In this document: piece by piece, positions 51,683-61,720 of the stretch
Layout of the letters: the number at the start of each line of letters is the position of its first letter
How positions within the stretch are numbered: position 1 is the first letter of the stretch
DNA from: an uncultured Pelagibacteraceae bacterium
Lineage (GTDB): Bacteria; Pseudomonadota; Alphaproteobacteria; Pelagibacterales; Pelagibacteraceae
Length of the DNA: 64,000 nt
Assembly: GCA_902635865.1 (NCBI GenBank)
Contig: CACPPD010000002.1
Coordinates: 90,887-154,886, forward strand
Direction: 5' to 3'
The notes under the pieces: generated by a model
Seen by the model: only the letters and a program-made list of their open reading frames with translations
Database searches by the model: none
What the model was told of the DNA's origin: nothing
Translations under genes and position numbers: made by a program

Positions 51683-52474
51683 TTATTCACCCATATTTAT
51701 TAAAGTTCCCTTATCTCTTGCTTTATCGAAAGAGTAATAAAACACAAAAATTGACAAAATTAAATAAAATCCATTAAGATAAATTGCAGTAAGAATATTT
51801 TCATAATTTACCATCCCATTAACTAAAATATTTCTTGTTTCTTCAAATATATAAACTAGTGGAAGAGCGAATGCGATTGATTGGAAGATTTCTGGTAATA
51901 TTTCAACTGGATAATAAATACAGCCAAAAGGTGCTAATAAAAACATAGTCGACCATGCAATATTCTCAAAAGATGGTCCAAATCTTAACAATCCCGCAGA
52001 AACAAAAAGACCAAGAGTAATTCCAAATAAATATAGACTTAAAAAAAGAAATGACAAAGGAAGACCAAGTTTTAACAAGGATATACCAAACAATGGAGAA
52101 GTTAATAAAATTGCTGGAATTAATCCAATTAATGCTCTTATTAAAGCAGTGAATACGAGGGAAACAATTATTTCACTAATTTTCATAGGTGCGATAAATA
52201 GATTTGTAAAATTTCTACTCCAAATCTCTTCTAAAAATAACATATTAAAGCCAATACTAGTCCTAAATAAAAAATCATATAGAATTGCACATGATAGTAT
52301 GACTCCTACTGCACCACTATAATAAGAACTATGGGCTGCAAAAAAATTAGAAATAAATCCCCAAAGAGTAATTTGAATTGAAGGCCAATAAATTAAATCT
52401 AAAATTCTAGGAAATGATCTAGTAATTAAATAAAAGTGTCTTAAAAAAAGGCCATAAATTCTTATTAAATTCAT
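51683..52474 (-). CDS. ABC-2 type exporter permease
   Basis: Six TM segments; YYPVEILP; coupled to the ATPase gene. Confidence 0.88.
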   Translation of the reverse strand: MNLIRIYGLFLRHFYLITRSFPRILDLIYWPSIQITLWGFISNFFAAHSSYYSGAVGVILSCAILYDFLFRTSIGFNMLFLEEIWSRNFTNLFIAPMKISEIIVSLVFTALIRALIGLIPAILLTSPLFGISLLKLGLPLSFLFLSLYLFGITLGLFVSAGLLRFGPSFENIAWSTMFLLAPFGCIYYPVEILPEIFQSIAFALPLVYIFEETRNILVNGMVNYENILTAIYLNGFYLILSIFVFYYSFDKARDKGTLINMGE

Positions 52475-53199
52475 TTTTCTTTTCTCGCTATTTCTAAAAA
52501 TACTTCCTCTAAATTTCTTCTTCCATATTTTGTTATTAAATCTTCAGGAGTTCCTCTATCAACAATTAAACCTTCTTTCATCATTAGAACGGAACTACAT
52601 AATCTTTTCACTTCTTCCATATTATGAGAGGCAAGCAAAACTGATATTTTTTTTTCATTTTTGTAATCCTCTAGAAAAGATCTTACAAAATCACCTGTTT
52701 CAGGATCTAATGAAGCAGTAGGCTCATCTAACAAGAGTACCGTTGGATCATTTATTAAAGCTTTAGCAAGACTTACCCTATTTTTTTGTCCAGAGGAAAG
52801 TTCCCCAGTAATTTTGTTTAAAAGGTCTTTTAATCTAAGCTTATTTGCTAAGTGATCTATACGATCATTTAAATTTTGAATATTATATAATTTTCCATAC
52901 ACAATTAAATTTTGTTTTACTTTAAGTTTTTTAGGCAATTCAATATAGGGTGAAATAAAATTCATTTTATGGAGAAGTGAAATTTTATTTTTTTCAATAT
53001 TCATTCCGTTGATTAAAACTTTTCCACTACTTGGTTTTAATAATCCTAAAATCATTCCAATAGTTGTGGTTTTACCACATCCATTTGGTCCTAATAAACC
53101 AACCATTTCATTTTCATTAATTTTAAAACTTATATTAGCTACTGCTTCTTTATCTTTATATTTTTTAGAAAGATTGATTATTTCAATAGAATTAGTCAT
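52471..53199 (-). CDS. ABC exporter ATP-binding protein
   Basis: GPNGCGKTT, LSSGQ, LLDEPTASLDP. Confidence 0.95.
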   Translation of the reverse strand: MTNSIEIINLSKKYKDKEAVANISFKINENEMVGLLGPNGCGKTTTIGMILGLLKPSSGKVLINGMNIEKNKISLLHKMNFISPYIELPKKLKVKQNLIVYGKLYNIQNLNDRIDHLANKLRLKDLLNKITGELSSGQKNRVSLAKALINDPTVLLLDEPTASLDPETGDFVRSFLEDYKNEKKISVLLASHNMEEVKRLCSSVLMMKEGLIVDRGTPEDLITKYGRRNLEEVFLEIARKEK

Positions 53200-54131
53200 T
53201 AATATTTTGATGCTCTTTTTAATCTATCGTTAATAGTTTTGCCAAGACCTTTGTTGGGGATATTCTCAACTGCAATCCTTTTAAATCCATCGTTCTTTAT
53301 CTTTCTTAAAATTGAATATAGGTTTTTTGCAGCCTCTTCTATATTTTTCACTTTTGATAAATAATAATAGTTTTTAAAGTTTAATTTTCTTTTTTTTATT
53401 AATAAATAAGCCTCATTTTTTTTTGGTTTTTTAACATTAATTCTTAAAGGTATTCCAGGTGAGTAATGTAACGGAAATAGACCAGGTGATAATTTTTTTT
53501 TTGAATGTGTATTAATTAATAATTTTTTTTTTAAAACTTTTTCAATTTTTTTGGTATCTAGACCTCCATATCTTAAAAGCGACGGTTTTTCTAAAAGATT
53601 TAATATTGTGGACTCAACTCCAATTTTACTTTTTCCTCCACTTAAAATATATTTTAATTTTGAACCAAATTCCTCTTTTACATCAGATGGTTTAACTGAG
53701 CTTAATCCTGATGATATATTTGCGCTAGGTGCAGCTACTGGATAATCTAAATTTTTTAATAAATTTCTGAATAATTTATGTTTAGGAAAACGTACGGCAA
53801 TACTTTTTTTATTATTAGTAACAAATTTTGATATTTTTGAGTTATATTTTAATTTTAAAATATAAGTTATTGGACCTGGAGAAAATTTTTTGTAAAGTTT
53901 TACAAAATTATTATTGATGTCACAATCCTCCTTAAGTCTTTGGATATCATAATAATGGACAATAAGCGGATTGTTAAATGGTCTTTTTTTAAGACTAAAT
54001 ATTTTCTTAACAGCACTATTTGAGTAAGCGTTTGCAGCTAATCCATAAACGGTTTCTGTTGGTACAGCAACACAATGATTGTTATCTAAATATTTTTTTG
54101 CTTTTTTGATATTTGATTGAATAGATTTCAT
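53199..54131 (-). CDS. sua5: L-threonylcarbamoyladenylate synthase (Sua5 type)
   Basis: PTETVYGL, KKRPFNNPLIVH, APSAN, GVESTI, SPG..HYSP linker. Confidence 0.95.
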   Translation of the reverse strand: MKSIQSNIKKAKKYLDNNHCVAVPTETVYGLAANAYSNSAVKKIFSLKKRPFNNPLIVHYYDIQRLKEDCDINNNFVKLYKKFSPGPITYILKLKYNSKISKFVTNNKKSIAVRFPKHKLFRNLLKNLDYPVAAPSANISSGLSSVKPSDVKEEFGSKLKYILSGGKSKIGVESTILNLLEKPSLLRYGGLDTKKIEKVLKKKLLINTHSKKKLSPGLFPLHYSPGIPLRINVKKPKKNEAYLLIKKRKLNFKNYYYLSKVKNIEEAAKNLYSILRKIKNDGFKRIAVENIPNKGLGKTINDRLKRASKY

Positions 54132-54154
54132 GTATTAATAATTATTAATATATG
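54129..54154. promoter_or_regulatory. Palindromic 20-bp divergent intergenic region; candidate bidirectional promoter
   Basis: CAT-G-TATTAATAATTATTAATA-T-ATG; 54133-54150 is a perfect 18-bp palindrome. Confidence 0.55.
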
Positions 54155-54400
54155 AAAGATAAAATATTACCACTTGATTATGATCAGTACTCAATTGAGG
54201 AGCTTACAGAAAAAGCAAATAAAATTATAGAATCTCTAGAGAAGGAAAATAATTTAATTAATTCAGTTGACGCTTATCAAGAACTTATAAAATTAAATAA
54301 TATTATTGAAAAGAAATTTCACAAAAATTTTAAATCTATTGGTGAAGAGACAAATAAAAAGATTAAAGAGATAACTAAAAAAAATGAGAGAAAAGCTTAA
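54152..54400 (+). CDS. xseB: Exodeoxyribonuclease VII small subunit-like protein (divergent)
   Basis: SIEE..E..IIESLE...S...YQE pattern; xseB-ispA-dxs order. Confidence 0.65.
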   Translation: MKDKILPLDYDQYSIEELTEKANKIIESLEKENNLINSVDAYQELIKLNNIIEKKFHKNFKSIGEETNKKIKEITKKNERKA

Positions 54401-55256
54401 TAAAATAGCAAAGGACACAAATATATTTCTTGGAAAATATATTAATTCACAGAAATACTCACAGTTAACAGCACCCATGAAGTATGGTTTATTTCCAGGT
54501 GGAAAAAAAATAAGATCTAAAATCTTAATTGACTTAGGGTCATTATTTTCTATTGATTATAAAACATTGATAATAATTGGGTCAGCAGTTGAATGTATTC
54601 ATGCTTATTCACTCATTCATGACGATCTACCCTGCATGGATGATGATGATATAAGAAGAGGAAAACCTTCAACTCATATTAAATTTGGAGAGTCTACAGC
54701 AGTTCTAGCAGGAAATTCATTATTAACTTTAGCTTTTGAAATTTTATCAAGTCCTAAATTGAAATTAAATGAAAAGATAAAAATCAGCCTAATCAAAAAG
54801 TTATCAGAATGTTCAGGTCATTTAGGAATAGCTGGTGGGCAATATTTAGATTTAAGCTATGAGAAAAAAAAAATTTCTAGGAATAAAATATTAGAAATGG
54901 AAATAAAAAAAACAGGAATGTTATTTAGTTTTTGTTGTGCAGTCCCAGCAATAATTAAGAAAAAAACAACTCAAGAAGTTAAATTTTTTGAAAATATCGG
55001 ATCAAAAATTGGTCTTTTATTTCAAATAGCTGATGATTTAATTGATCTGAAAAGTAAATCTAAGGAAGCTGGAAAAAAAACAGGAAAAGATCAAAAAAAA
55101 GGTAAGGCAACACTTATAAATTTAATAGGCTATGATGACTCAGTTAACTATTGTGATAAGATAATTAAAGATATTAATAAGAATTTAATAAAATACGGTT
55201 TAAGATCTGAAGAAATAAATGAAACATTGGACTATATATTGAATAGAAAAAAATGA
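54384..55256 (+). CDS. ispA: Farnesyl diphosphate synthase
   Basis: [30 protein letters not shown]. Confidence 0.95.
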   Translation: MREKLNKIAKDTNIFLGKYINSQKYSQLTAPMKYGLFPGGKKIRSKILIDLGSLFSIDYKTLIIIGSAVECIHAYSLIHDDLPCMDDDDIRRGKPSTHIKFGESTAVLAGNSLLTLAFEILSSPKLKLNEKIKISLIKKLSECSGHLGIAGGQYLDLSYEKKKISRNKILEMEIKKTGMLFSFCCAVPAIIKKKTTQEVKFFENIGSKIGLLFQIADDLIDLKSKSKEAGKKTGKDQKKGKATLINLIGYDDSVNYCDKIIKDINKNLIKYGLRSEEINETLDYILNRKK

Positions 55257-57169
55257 AAACAAACTATCAATTTTTAAATAATATCAACTTTCCATCTGAT
55301 TTAAGAAAAATTTCTGAAGATAATTTACAAAAAGTAGCAGATGAGGTTAGGGAGGAAATGATTAGTGCTGTTTCAGAGACAGGAGGTCACCTTGGTGCTG
55401 GTTTGGGAGTAGTTGAATTGACAGTCGCACTTCATTATGTTTTTGATACTCCAAATGATAAATTAATTTGGGATGTTGGACATCAATCTTACCCTCATAA
55501 AATTTTAACTGGAAGAAAAGATAAAATTAGGACTTTACGAAAAGGTGATGGTTTATCAGGTTTTACAAAAAGATCTGAAAGTGAGTATGACCCATTTGGA
55601 GCAGCTCATAGTTCAACATCTATTTCATCAGCATTAGGAATTGCAGAGGCAAATAAATTAGAAAATAAGTCTTCCAATGTAATAGCCGTAATCGGCGATG
55701 GAGCAATTAGTGCCGGTATGGCTTACGAAGCTATGAATAATGCTGGAGCGTCTAAGACAAAAATGATTGTTATTTTGAATGATAACGACATGTCAATTGC
55801 AAAACCAGTCGGTGCAATGAGAACCTACTTGGCAAAATTATTTACTGGTAAGATATATTTTAGTTTAAGGGAAACCTTTAAATTAATTACATCTGCGTTT
55901 TCAAAAAGATTTAGTGTTAAAGCAGGAAAAGCAGAAGATTTTTTCCGTTCAGCAGTAACAGGAGGTACATTGTTTAGTTCACTAGGTTTTTATTACGCAG
56001 GTCCTATAGATGGTCATGATTTATCAAGCCTAGTTCCGATTTTAAAAAATGCAAAAGACTCAAGACATGAGGGTCCAATAATGATCCATATTAAAACTCA
56101 AAAAGGGAAGGGTTATTCTTATGCAGAAAAAGCAAATGACCATTATCATGGAGTATCAAAATTTAATGTTGAGACTGGAGAACAGTTAAAGAGTAAATCT
56201 AATATTCCGGCTTATACAAAAGTTTTTGCAAACACGTTAGTGAAACATGCAAAAAAAGATAGCAAAATAGTTGGAATAACAGCAGCTATGCCAGGAGGGA
56301 CTGGCATGGATATTTTTGGAAAGGAGTTTCCAAATAGAATGTTTGATGTAGGGATAGCAGAACAACATGCAGTAACTTTTGCTGCAGGTTTAGCAACAGA
56401 GGGTTATAAACCATACGCTGCAATTTATTCTACATTTTTACAGAGAGCATATGATCAAGTTGTCCACGATGTTGCCATTCAAAGTTTACCAGTAAGATTT
56501 GCAATAGATAGGGCAGGATTAGTTGGTGCTGATGGATCAACACATGCTGGTTCATTTGATATAACTTACCTATCAACTTTACCTAACTTTGTAGTAATGG
56601 CTGCAAGTGATGAAGCTGAACTAGTTAAAATGATTAATACCTCAGTAGATATAAATGATAGACCTTCTGCAGTTAGATATCCAAGAGGAAATGGAGTAGG
56701 TGTTGATCTCCCATCAATAGACGAAAAAATTGAAATTGGTAAAGGGAGAGTCGTTCAACAAGGAACACAAGTTTGTATTTTAAACCTCGGTACTCGACTT
56801 GAGGAGTGCAAGCTAGCTGTAGAGGAATTAAAAGTAAAAGGAGTTTCAACAACTTTGATAGACGCTAGATTTGCTAAGCCTTTAGACGAAGAACTTATAC
56901 TAAAATCTGCTAAGGAACATGAGCTTATGATTACTGTTGAAGAAGGATCAATAGGTGGTTTCGGATCTCATGTTAAAAATTTATTAGCTGAAAAAGGAGT
57001 ATTTGATAAAGGTTTAAAATTTAGATCAATGACTTTACCAGATGAATTCATTGAACAAGATGATCCAAAAAAAATGTACGATAAAGCTGGATTAAATAGT
57101 TCTCAAATTTCTAAGAAAATTGCTGATATTTTGTTTCAAAAGGAGACAATTAGAGTTGTGAAAAATTAA
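55253..57169 (+). CDS. dxs: 1-deoxy-D-xylulose-5-phosphate synthase
   Basis: [33 protein letters not shown]. Confidence 0.98.
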   Translation: MKTNYQFLNNINFPSDLRKISEDNLQKVADEVREEMISAVSETGGHLGAGLGVVELTVALHYVFDTPNDKLIWDVGHQSYPHKILTGRKDKIRTLRKGDGLSGFTKRSESEYDPFGAAHSSTSISSALGIAEANKLENKSSNVIAVIGDGAISAGMAYEAMNNAGASKTKMIVILNDNDMSIAKPVGAMRTYLAKLFTGKIYFSLRETFKLITSAFSKRFSVKAGKAEDFFRSAVTGGTLFSSLGFYYAGPIDGHDLSSLVPILKNAKDSRHEGPIMIHIKTQKGKGYSYAEKANDHYHGVSKFNVETGEQLKSKSNIPAYTKVFANTLVKHAKKDSKIVGITAAMPGGTGMDIFGKEFPNRMFDVGIAEQHAVTFAAGLATEGYKPYAAIYSTFLQRAYDQVVHDVAIQSLPVRFAIDRAGLVGADGSTHAGSFDITYLSTLPNFVVMAASDEAELVKMINTSVDINDRPSAVRYPRGNGVGVDLPSIDEKIEIGKGRVVQQGTQVCILNLGTRLEECKLAVEELKVKGVSTTLIDARFAKPLDEELILKSAKEHELMITVEEGSIGGFGSHVKNLLAEKGVFDKGLKFRSMTLPDEFIEQDDPKKMYDKAGLNSSQISKKIADILFQKETIRVVKN

Positions 57170-57175
57170 TTTAAG

Positions 57176-58258
57176 CTAACTACATTGTGCTTTATTCATT
57201 AAGTAGTGGTCAAGTAAAACACAGTTCATCATAGCTTCACCAATTGGTACAGCTCTAATTCCTACACAAGGATCATGTCTGCCTTTAACAGATATTGAAG
57301 TATTTTTCCCAAATTTATTAATAGTTTTTCTACTAGTTAAAATTGAGGATGTTGGTTTGACAGCAAAAGATGCAATAATTTCTTGGCCCGTAGAAATTCC
57401 ACCAAGAATTCCACCCGCTTTATTTGAATTGAATTTCAATTTATTTCCTTTTGAAGAAATTTCATCTGAATTCTGTTCTCCACTTAATTGTGCTGAGTTC
57501 ATTCCTGCACCAATATTTACACCTTTAACTGCATTAATGCTCATTAGACCTGAGGCTATGTCAGTATCCAATTTTGAATAAATTGGAGCACCTAAACCAA
57601 CTGGGATACCTCTCGCTCTTATTTCAATCACTGCTCCACAAGAGGATCCTGATTTTCTTACACCTAGTAAATATTTTTCCCATAATTTAATCATTGATTT
57701 ATCTGGACAAAAAAATGGATTTTTTGAAATTACTTTATCGTTCCATTGATTTGTGTCACATCCAAGAATCCCTAGCTGAGTTACTGCACCAATTACTTTA
57801 AATTTTTTACCTAATTTTTTTTGAAGTACGACTTTTGCTATTGCACCAGCTGCTACACGTGCTGCAGTTTCTCTAGCAGAGGATCTGCCACCACCTCTAT
57901 AGTCTCTAATTCCATATTTTTTAAAATAAGTAAAATCTGCATGACCTGGTCTGAACTTGTCTTTAATATTACTATAATCTTTGGATCTCATATCTTTGTT
58001 GTAGATTATGAGAGAAATAGGTGTTCCTGTAGTTTTGCCCTCAAACACACCTGACAATATTTGAACTTTATCATCCTCCTTTCTCTGAGTTGTAAATTTA
58101 GATTGTCCTGGTTTTCTTTTGTCTAATTCTATTTGAATATCTTGCTGTTTAAGAGTTATGTTTGGAGGACATCCATCAACAATACAACCAATTGCAGGTC
58201 CATGAGACTCTCCCCAAGTTGTGAAACGAAATAGCTTTCCAAAAGTATTAAATGACAT
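57176..58258 (-). CDS. aroC: Chorismate synthase
   Basis: [27 protein letters not shown]. Confidence 0.98.
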   Translation of the reverse strand: MSFNTFGKLFRFTTWGESHGPAIGCIVDGCPPNITLKQQDIQIELDKRKPGQSKFTTQRKEDDKVQILSGVFEGKTTGTPISLIIYNKDMRSKDYSNIKDKFRPGHADFTYFKKYGIRDYRGGGRSSARETAARVAAGAIAKVVLQKKLGKKFKVIGAVTQLGILGCDTNQWNDKVISKNPFFCPDKSMIKLWEKYLLGVRKSGSSCGAVIEIRARGIPVGLGAPIYSKLDTDIASGLMSINAVKGVNIGAGMNSAQLSGEQNSDEISSKGNKLKFNSNKAGGILGGISTGQEIIASFAVKPTSSILTSRKTINKFGKNTSISVKGRHDPCVGIRAVPIGEAMMNCVLLDHYLMNKAQCS

Positions 58259-58291
58259 TATTTATATTATATAGATTATTTTGTTAAAATT

Positions 58292-58918
58292 ATGAATCAA
58301 AAAAACTCTTTAGGTATTAATAGTTGCTTTCTAGATATAGATGATCCGTTTGATTTATTTCATGAATGGATGGAGGAAGCAAAGAAAACCGAGCCAAATG
58401 ATCCAAACGCTGTTGCTTTGGCAACATCTGATAAAAAAAACATTCCTTCAGTAAGAATGGTTTTACTTAAAGATTTCAATAAAGATGGATTTGTATTTTA
58501 TACAAATCTAAACAGTCAAAAGGGAAATGAATTAAAAGAAAATCCGAATGCTGCGATGTGTTTTCATTGGAAAAGTCTCTTAAGACAAATTAGAATTAAT
58601 GGAAAGGTGTCATTAGTTTCTGATCAGGTTGCAGATGAATATTATTCTTCTAGAGCGTATGAAAGTCGAATAGGAGCATGGGCTTCTAAGCAAAGTGAAG
58701 AATTAAATTCTCGAGAACAATTATTAAAATCTATACAAGATTACAAAAAAAAATATAGCAACAAATCAGATGTACCAAGACCAAGTCACTGGTCTGGATG
58801 GATTTTATCTCCAGATAGTATTGAATTTTGGCTAGATGGTGAAAACAGAATCCACGAGAGATTAAAATATAATAAAGATAACTCCGGGAAGTGGATAAAG
58901 TCTTTATTAAATCCTTAA
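58292..58918 (+). CDS. pdxH: Pyridoxamine 5'-phosphate oxidase
   Basis: RMVLLK, FYTN, GAWASKQS, IEFW, RIHER. Confidence 0.96.
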   Translation: MNQKNSLGINSCFLDIDDPFDLFHEWMEEAKKTEPNDPNAVALATSDKKNIPSVRMVLLKDFNKDGFVFYTNLNSQKGNELKENPNAAMCFHWKSLLRQIRINGKVSLVSDQVADEYYSSRAYESRIGAWASKQSEELNSREQLLKSIQDYKKKYSNKSDVPRPSHWSGWILSPDSIEFWLDGENRIHERLKYNKDNSGKWIKSLLNP

Positions 58919-59928
58919 AAATTTCTTGATAAACTAAATGATGTTAATTTTTTAAGAATATTTTTCTCTTCAGAATCTTTAAATACACTTAGAGAATTAG
59001 AGGCTAAATTTATATAGTGCTTTGCTTTTTGATAGCATTCCTGAATTATTTGATACTTATTTATAAGAGATATAATTTCATTAAAGTCATCTTTTGTTCT
59101 TAAATCTTTTTTAAACATATTTGATAAAATTTTCTTTTCATCATTTCCTAATCTTTGAAAAAGTAAAATTATTGGTAACGTAATTTTTCCTTCAAAAAAA
59201 TCCTGACCAATTTTTTTGCCAAATAGTTTTAGCTCAGCATTATAGTCTAGTGTGTCGTCTGCTATTTGAAAAGTTAATCCTAAGTTTCTTCCATAAAATT
59301 CTAAAGCATCTTTTTCTTTATTTTCCGCATTAGATAAAATTGCACCAACTTTAGTTGATGCTGCAAATAACTCAGCAGTTTTTGCTGAGATTATTTTTAA
59401 ATATGTTTCTTCCAGCATATCAACTTCACCTTTGTGTTGTAGTTGCAAAACTTCTCCTTGAGCAATTTTAGATGAAGTGGAAGATAATAATTTTAAAACT
59501 TCTAGGTTCCCATCTTCTACCATCATTTCAAAACATCTACTCAATAGATAATCTCCTATTAAAACTGACGAATGATTATCCCAAACTTTATTTAAAGTTT
59601 CTTTCCCTCTTCTAACAGTACCTTCATCAATTACGTCATCATGCATCAATGTTGCACTGTGAATTAATTCAACACACGCAGCTAAATTTATATCTCTAGA
59701 GCCTTTAGAGTAACCGCATAATTTTGCACTACCCAATGTTAGTAAAGCTCTTAGTCTTTTTCCTCCTGTTTCTATATGATAATCTGTCATTTTTTGAACC
59801 AGCTGAACGTCACTAGATAATTTTGATTTTATTTTTTCTTCGGTTAAAACCAGTTTTTCTTCAACCGAGTCTTTTAGCTGAAAATATGAATCATTTATTT
59901 GATTTTTAAGCTGTACAACTGTTCCCAT
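58915..59928 (-). CDS. ispB: Long-chain polyprenyl diphosphate synthase
   Basis: GGKRLR, HDDVID..RRG, FQIADD, EGKITLP. Confidence 0.92.
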   Translation of the reverse strand: MGTVVQLKNQINDSYFQLKDSVEEKLVLTEEKIKSKLSSDVQLVQKMTDYHIETGGKRLRALLTLGSAKLCGYSKGSRDINLAACVELIHSATLMHDDVIDEGTVRRGKETLNKVWDNHSSVLIGDYLLSRCFEMMVEDGNLEVLKLLSSTSSKIAQGEVLQLQHKGEVDMLEETYLKIISAKTAELFAASTKVGAILSNAENKEKDALEFYGRNLGLTFQIADDTLDYNAELKLFGKKIGQDFFEGKITLPIILLFQRLGNDEKKILSNMFKKDLRTKDDFNEIISLINKYQIIQECYQKAKHYINLASNSLSVFKDSEEKNILKKLTSFSLSRNF

Positions 59929-59974
59929 AAGATTTTTAAATTAGTATAATTTGTTTATATATATTACTTATCAA

Positions 59975-60002
59975 TTGACGCACCAGTTTCTTCAATTATA
60001 AG
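59975..60002 (+). promoter_or_regulatory. Predicted sigma70 promoter upstream of the S49 peptidase-glyQS block
   Basis: TTGACG-N16-TATAAG; a second TATAAG at 60029-60034. Confidence 0.5.
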
Positions 60003-60042
60003 TAGTCTTTATATTCAATAAATAATTCTATAAGACTTACCT

Positions 60043-60849
60043 ATGTTCTCTTTTTTTAAAAAGAAAAAAATTGTTGCTCACTTAAAATTGAGTGGGGTAA
60101 TTGGTAATGCAGGAAAATTTAAACAAGGTATTGATTTTGCAGGTCAAGAAGAACTAATTAAAAAGGCTTTTTCTCTAAAAAAAGCGGCATGTGTTGCTTT
60201 ATCAATCAATTCTCCAGGAGGATCACCAGTTCAATCACATTTAATCTATAGCTTTATTAGACAACAAGCAAAAAAACATAAAAAAAAAGTTATTGTATTC
60301 GCTGAAGACGTAGCAGCTTCAGGAGGCTATTTGATTTCTTGTGCTGGGGACGAAATTTATGCAAATTCAAGTTCAATAATTGGGTCCATAGGAGTGATAT
60401 ATTCTTCTTTTGGATTTACAGAGTTGATAAAAAAAATTGGGGTTGAAAGAAGAGTTCATACTGCTGGCAAAAACAAAAGCACACTTGATCCATTTTTAGA
60501 AGAAAAAAACGAGGATATTGAAAGATTAAAAAATATTCAATTGGATCTTCATAAAGACTTTATAGATGTTGTTGAAAAAAGCAGAGGATCAAAATTAAAT
60601 AAATCTGATGTAGAACTTTTTTCAGGTGAGTTTTGGTCAGGCAGTAAGGCAAAAAATTTAGGATTGATTGACGGAATAGGTAACGCACATGAAATATTAA
60701 AAGATAAATTTGGTGAGGATGTAATTATTAAAAAATTTGAAAAATCAAAAGGGTGGTTAAGTCAAAAACTTTCCTCATCTAGCAATCAAGTGGATCAAAT
60801 AGCTAGTATTTTAGATGAAAGATCAATTTGGCAAAGATATGGTTTCTAA
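60043..60849 (+). CDS. S49 family peptidase (SppA-like)
   Basis: [30 protein letters not shown]. Confidence 0.92.
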   Translation: MFSFFKKKKIVAHLKLSGVIGNAGKFKQGIDFAGQEELIKKAFSLKKAACVALSINSPGGSPVQSHLIYSFIRQQAKKHKKKVIVFAEDVAASGGYLISCAGDEIYANSSSIIGSIGVIYSSFGFTELIKKIGVERRVHTAGKNKSTLDPFLEEKNEDIERLKNIQLDLHKDFIDVVEKSRGSKLNKSDVELFSGEFWSGSKAKNLGLIDGIGNAHEILKDKFGEDVIIKKFEKSKGWLSQKLSSSSNQVDQIASILDERSIWQRYGF

Positions 60850-61720
60850 AGCAAAAAAAGAAAAAAAAAAAATTCAAACATTCCAAGATACAATTTTAAA
60901 TCTTCAGAAATTTTGGAGTAAAAAGGGATGCGTTATTCTTCAGCCTTACGATATGGAGGTTGGTGCGGGAACTTTTCATCCAGCTACTACCCTAAGATCA
61001 TTAGGAACTAAACCATGGAAAGCAGCTTACGTGCAACCATCAAGAAGACCCACAGATGGAAGATATGGAGATAATCCAAACAGGTTACAACACTATTATC
61101 AATTTCAAGTTTTAATCAAACCTTCTCCTGAAAACATAAAAAAACTTTATTTAAATAGTTTGTCTATTATAGGAATAGATCATAATGATCATGATATTAG
61201 GTTTGTTGAAGATGATTGGGAAAGTCCAACATTAGGTGCCGCAGGATTGGGATGGGAAGTATGGTGTGATGGAATGGAAATTACTCAATTCACCTATTTT
61301 CAACAAATGGCTGGATTTAATTGTAAACCTGTATCAGTTGAAATCACTTATGGTTTAGAAAGAATTTGTATGTTCACTCAAAAAGAAAAAAATGTTTATG
61401 ATTTATTGTGGAATGATGAAGGTGTAAAATATAAAGAAGTTTTTCATCAAGCTGAGAAAGAATTTTCAGCATACAATTTTGAACATGCAAATGTAGAAAC
61501 ACTTTTGAAAATGTTTGAAATGCATGAGTCTGAGGCAAAAGATTTGGTAGAAAAAAAAATTTCATTACCAGCATATGATCAATGTTTAAAAGCCAGTCAT
61601 GTGTTTAATATTCTAGATGCAAGAGGCGCAATCAGTGTCGCACAAAGAGCTGGTTATATTACTAGAATAAGAGATATTACAAAATCTGCAGCTGGCGTTT
61701 GGTTAAATAGTCAAAAATAA
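60839..61720 (+). CDS. glyQ: Glycine-tRNA ligase alpha subunit; likely start ATG 60839
   Basis: [29 protein letters not shown]. Confidence 0.98.
   Translation: MVSKAKKEKKKIQTFQDTILNLQKFWSKKGCVILQPYDMEVGAGTFHPATTLRSLGTKPWKAAYVQPSRRPTDGRYGDNPNRLQHYYQFQVLIKPSPENIKKLYLNSLSIIGIDHNDHDIRFVEDDWESPTLGAAGLGWEVWCDGMEITQFTYFQQMAGFNCKPVSVEITYGLERICMFTQKEKNVYDLLWNDEGVKYKEVFHQAEKEFSAYNFEHANVETLLKMFEMHESEAKDLVEKKISLPAYDQCLKASHVFNILDARGAISVAQRAGYITRIRDITKSAAGVWLNSQK

Noticed and set aside
51581-53199. tRNA-anchored integrative element at tRNA-Arg or tRNA-fMet
   Set aside because: No integrase, no duplicated tRNA 3' end seen, and flanks are housekeeping genes
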